Assembly (NCBI GenBank): GCA_963615155.1
Contig: CAVEGP010000001.1
Location: forward strand, 17,437-81,436
Direction of reading: 5' to 3'
From: Bacteroides uniformis
GTDB taxonomy: Bacteria; Bacillota; Clostridia; Oscillospirales; Ruminococcaceae
DNA: 64,000 nucleotides
Each line of letters starts with the position of its first letter. Position 1 is the stretch's first letter. The notes under the pieces were generated by a model. It was not told where the DNA came from, searched no databases, and saw only the letters and a program-made list of their open reading frames with translations. This document shows, piece by piece, positions 63,937-64,000 of this stretch. A program made the position numbers and the translations under genes.

Positions 63937-64000
63937 TCAGGCAGCCTCCTTTCTCTGGGCGGTGCGCTTCCGCTTCTCGAACGCGACCTTTGCCTGAATC
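63937..64000 (-). CDS. C-terminal end of an upstream gene (probably the ABC permease), truncated by the window end
   Basis: Open frame ...IQAKVAFEKRKRTAQRKEAA-stop (TGA 63939-63937) 1 nt before the ATPase ATG. Confidence 0.4.
   Translation of the reverse strand, partial: IQAKVAFEKRKRTAQRKEAA

Overview
This is a 64-kb stretch of a GC-rich, strongly GC3-biased Firmicutes chromosome. Gene content suggests a Clostridia, Oscillospiraceae/Ruminococcaceae-like organism, but that is inference only; no search was run. All product calls rest on my reading of the translated ORFs against remembered family motifs.

The window is mostly core housekeeping, with 60 CDS, 42 of them on the minus strand:
- yhbY-rdgB
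- ftsY-smc-rnc-plsX
- trmFO-topA-dprA and a TrmH-family methyltransferase
- infC-rpmI-rplT with its leader
- addAB
- ruvX-DUF1292
- a lipoprotein cyclophilin
- ispE
- an AsnC regulator plus aminotransferase
- an ACT/UPF0210 pair
- spoIIR
- a yhaO-yhaN (SbcD/SbcC-like) module followed by a PC4-like YdbC and a YhaM-like HD protein
- a reduced division/wall cluster (PBP, ftsW, murA, ftsZ)
- xpt
- a patatin-like lipase
- an HD-GYP protein
- pgk/tpiA/gpmI
- an SPFH+RHH operon
- two unknown membrane proteins
- rpmG-secE-nusG-rplKAJL
- ddl-murI
- DUF1934-argS
- an ABC ATPase

I found no rRNA, tRNA, CRISPR array, transposase, integrase or prophage genes, and no convincing defence island.

Features that are not ordinary:
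1. A very dense family of two-hairpin intergenic repeats (15 units at 9 loci). Paired units are inverted, the second hairpin shows compensatory changes between copies, several copies abut or contain stop codons, and two longer MITE-like versions carry a homologous bidirectional terminator.
2. An unclassified structured leader with terminator/antiterminator logic upstream of a Cys-less peroxiredoxin-fold gene.
3. A yhaONM-like nuclease module in which YhaM appears split into a PC4-like ssDNA binder and an HD protein.
4. A G11/C11 homopolymer that sets the C-terminus of the HD-GYP protein.
5. An SPFH-RHH operon with a palindrome over its -10 box.
6. A membrane-protein operon with a promoter-proximal terminator.

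None of these is proven novel from sequence alone.
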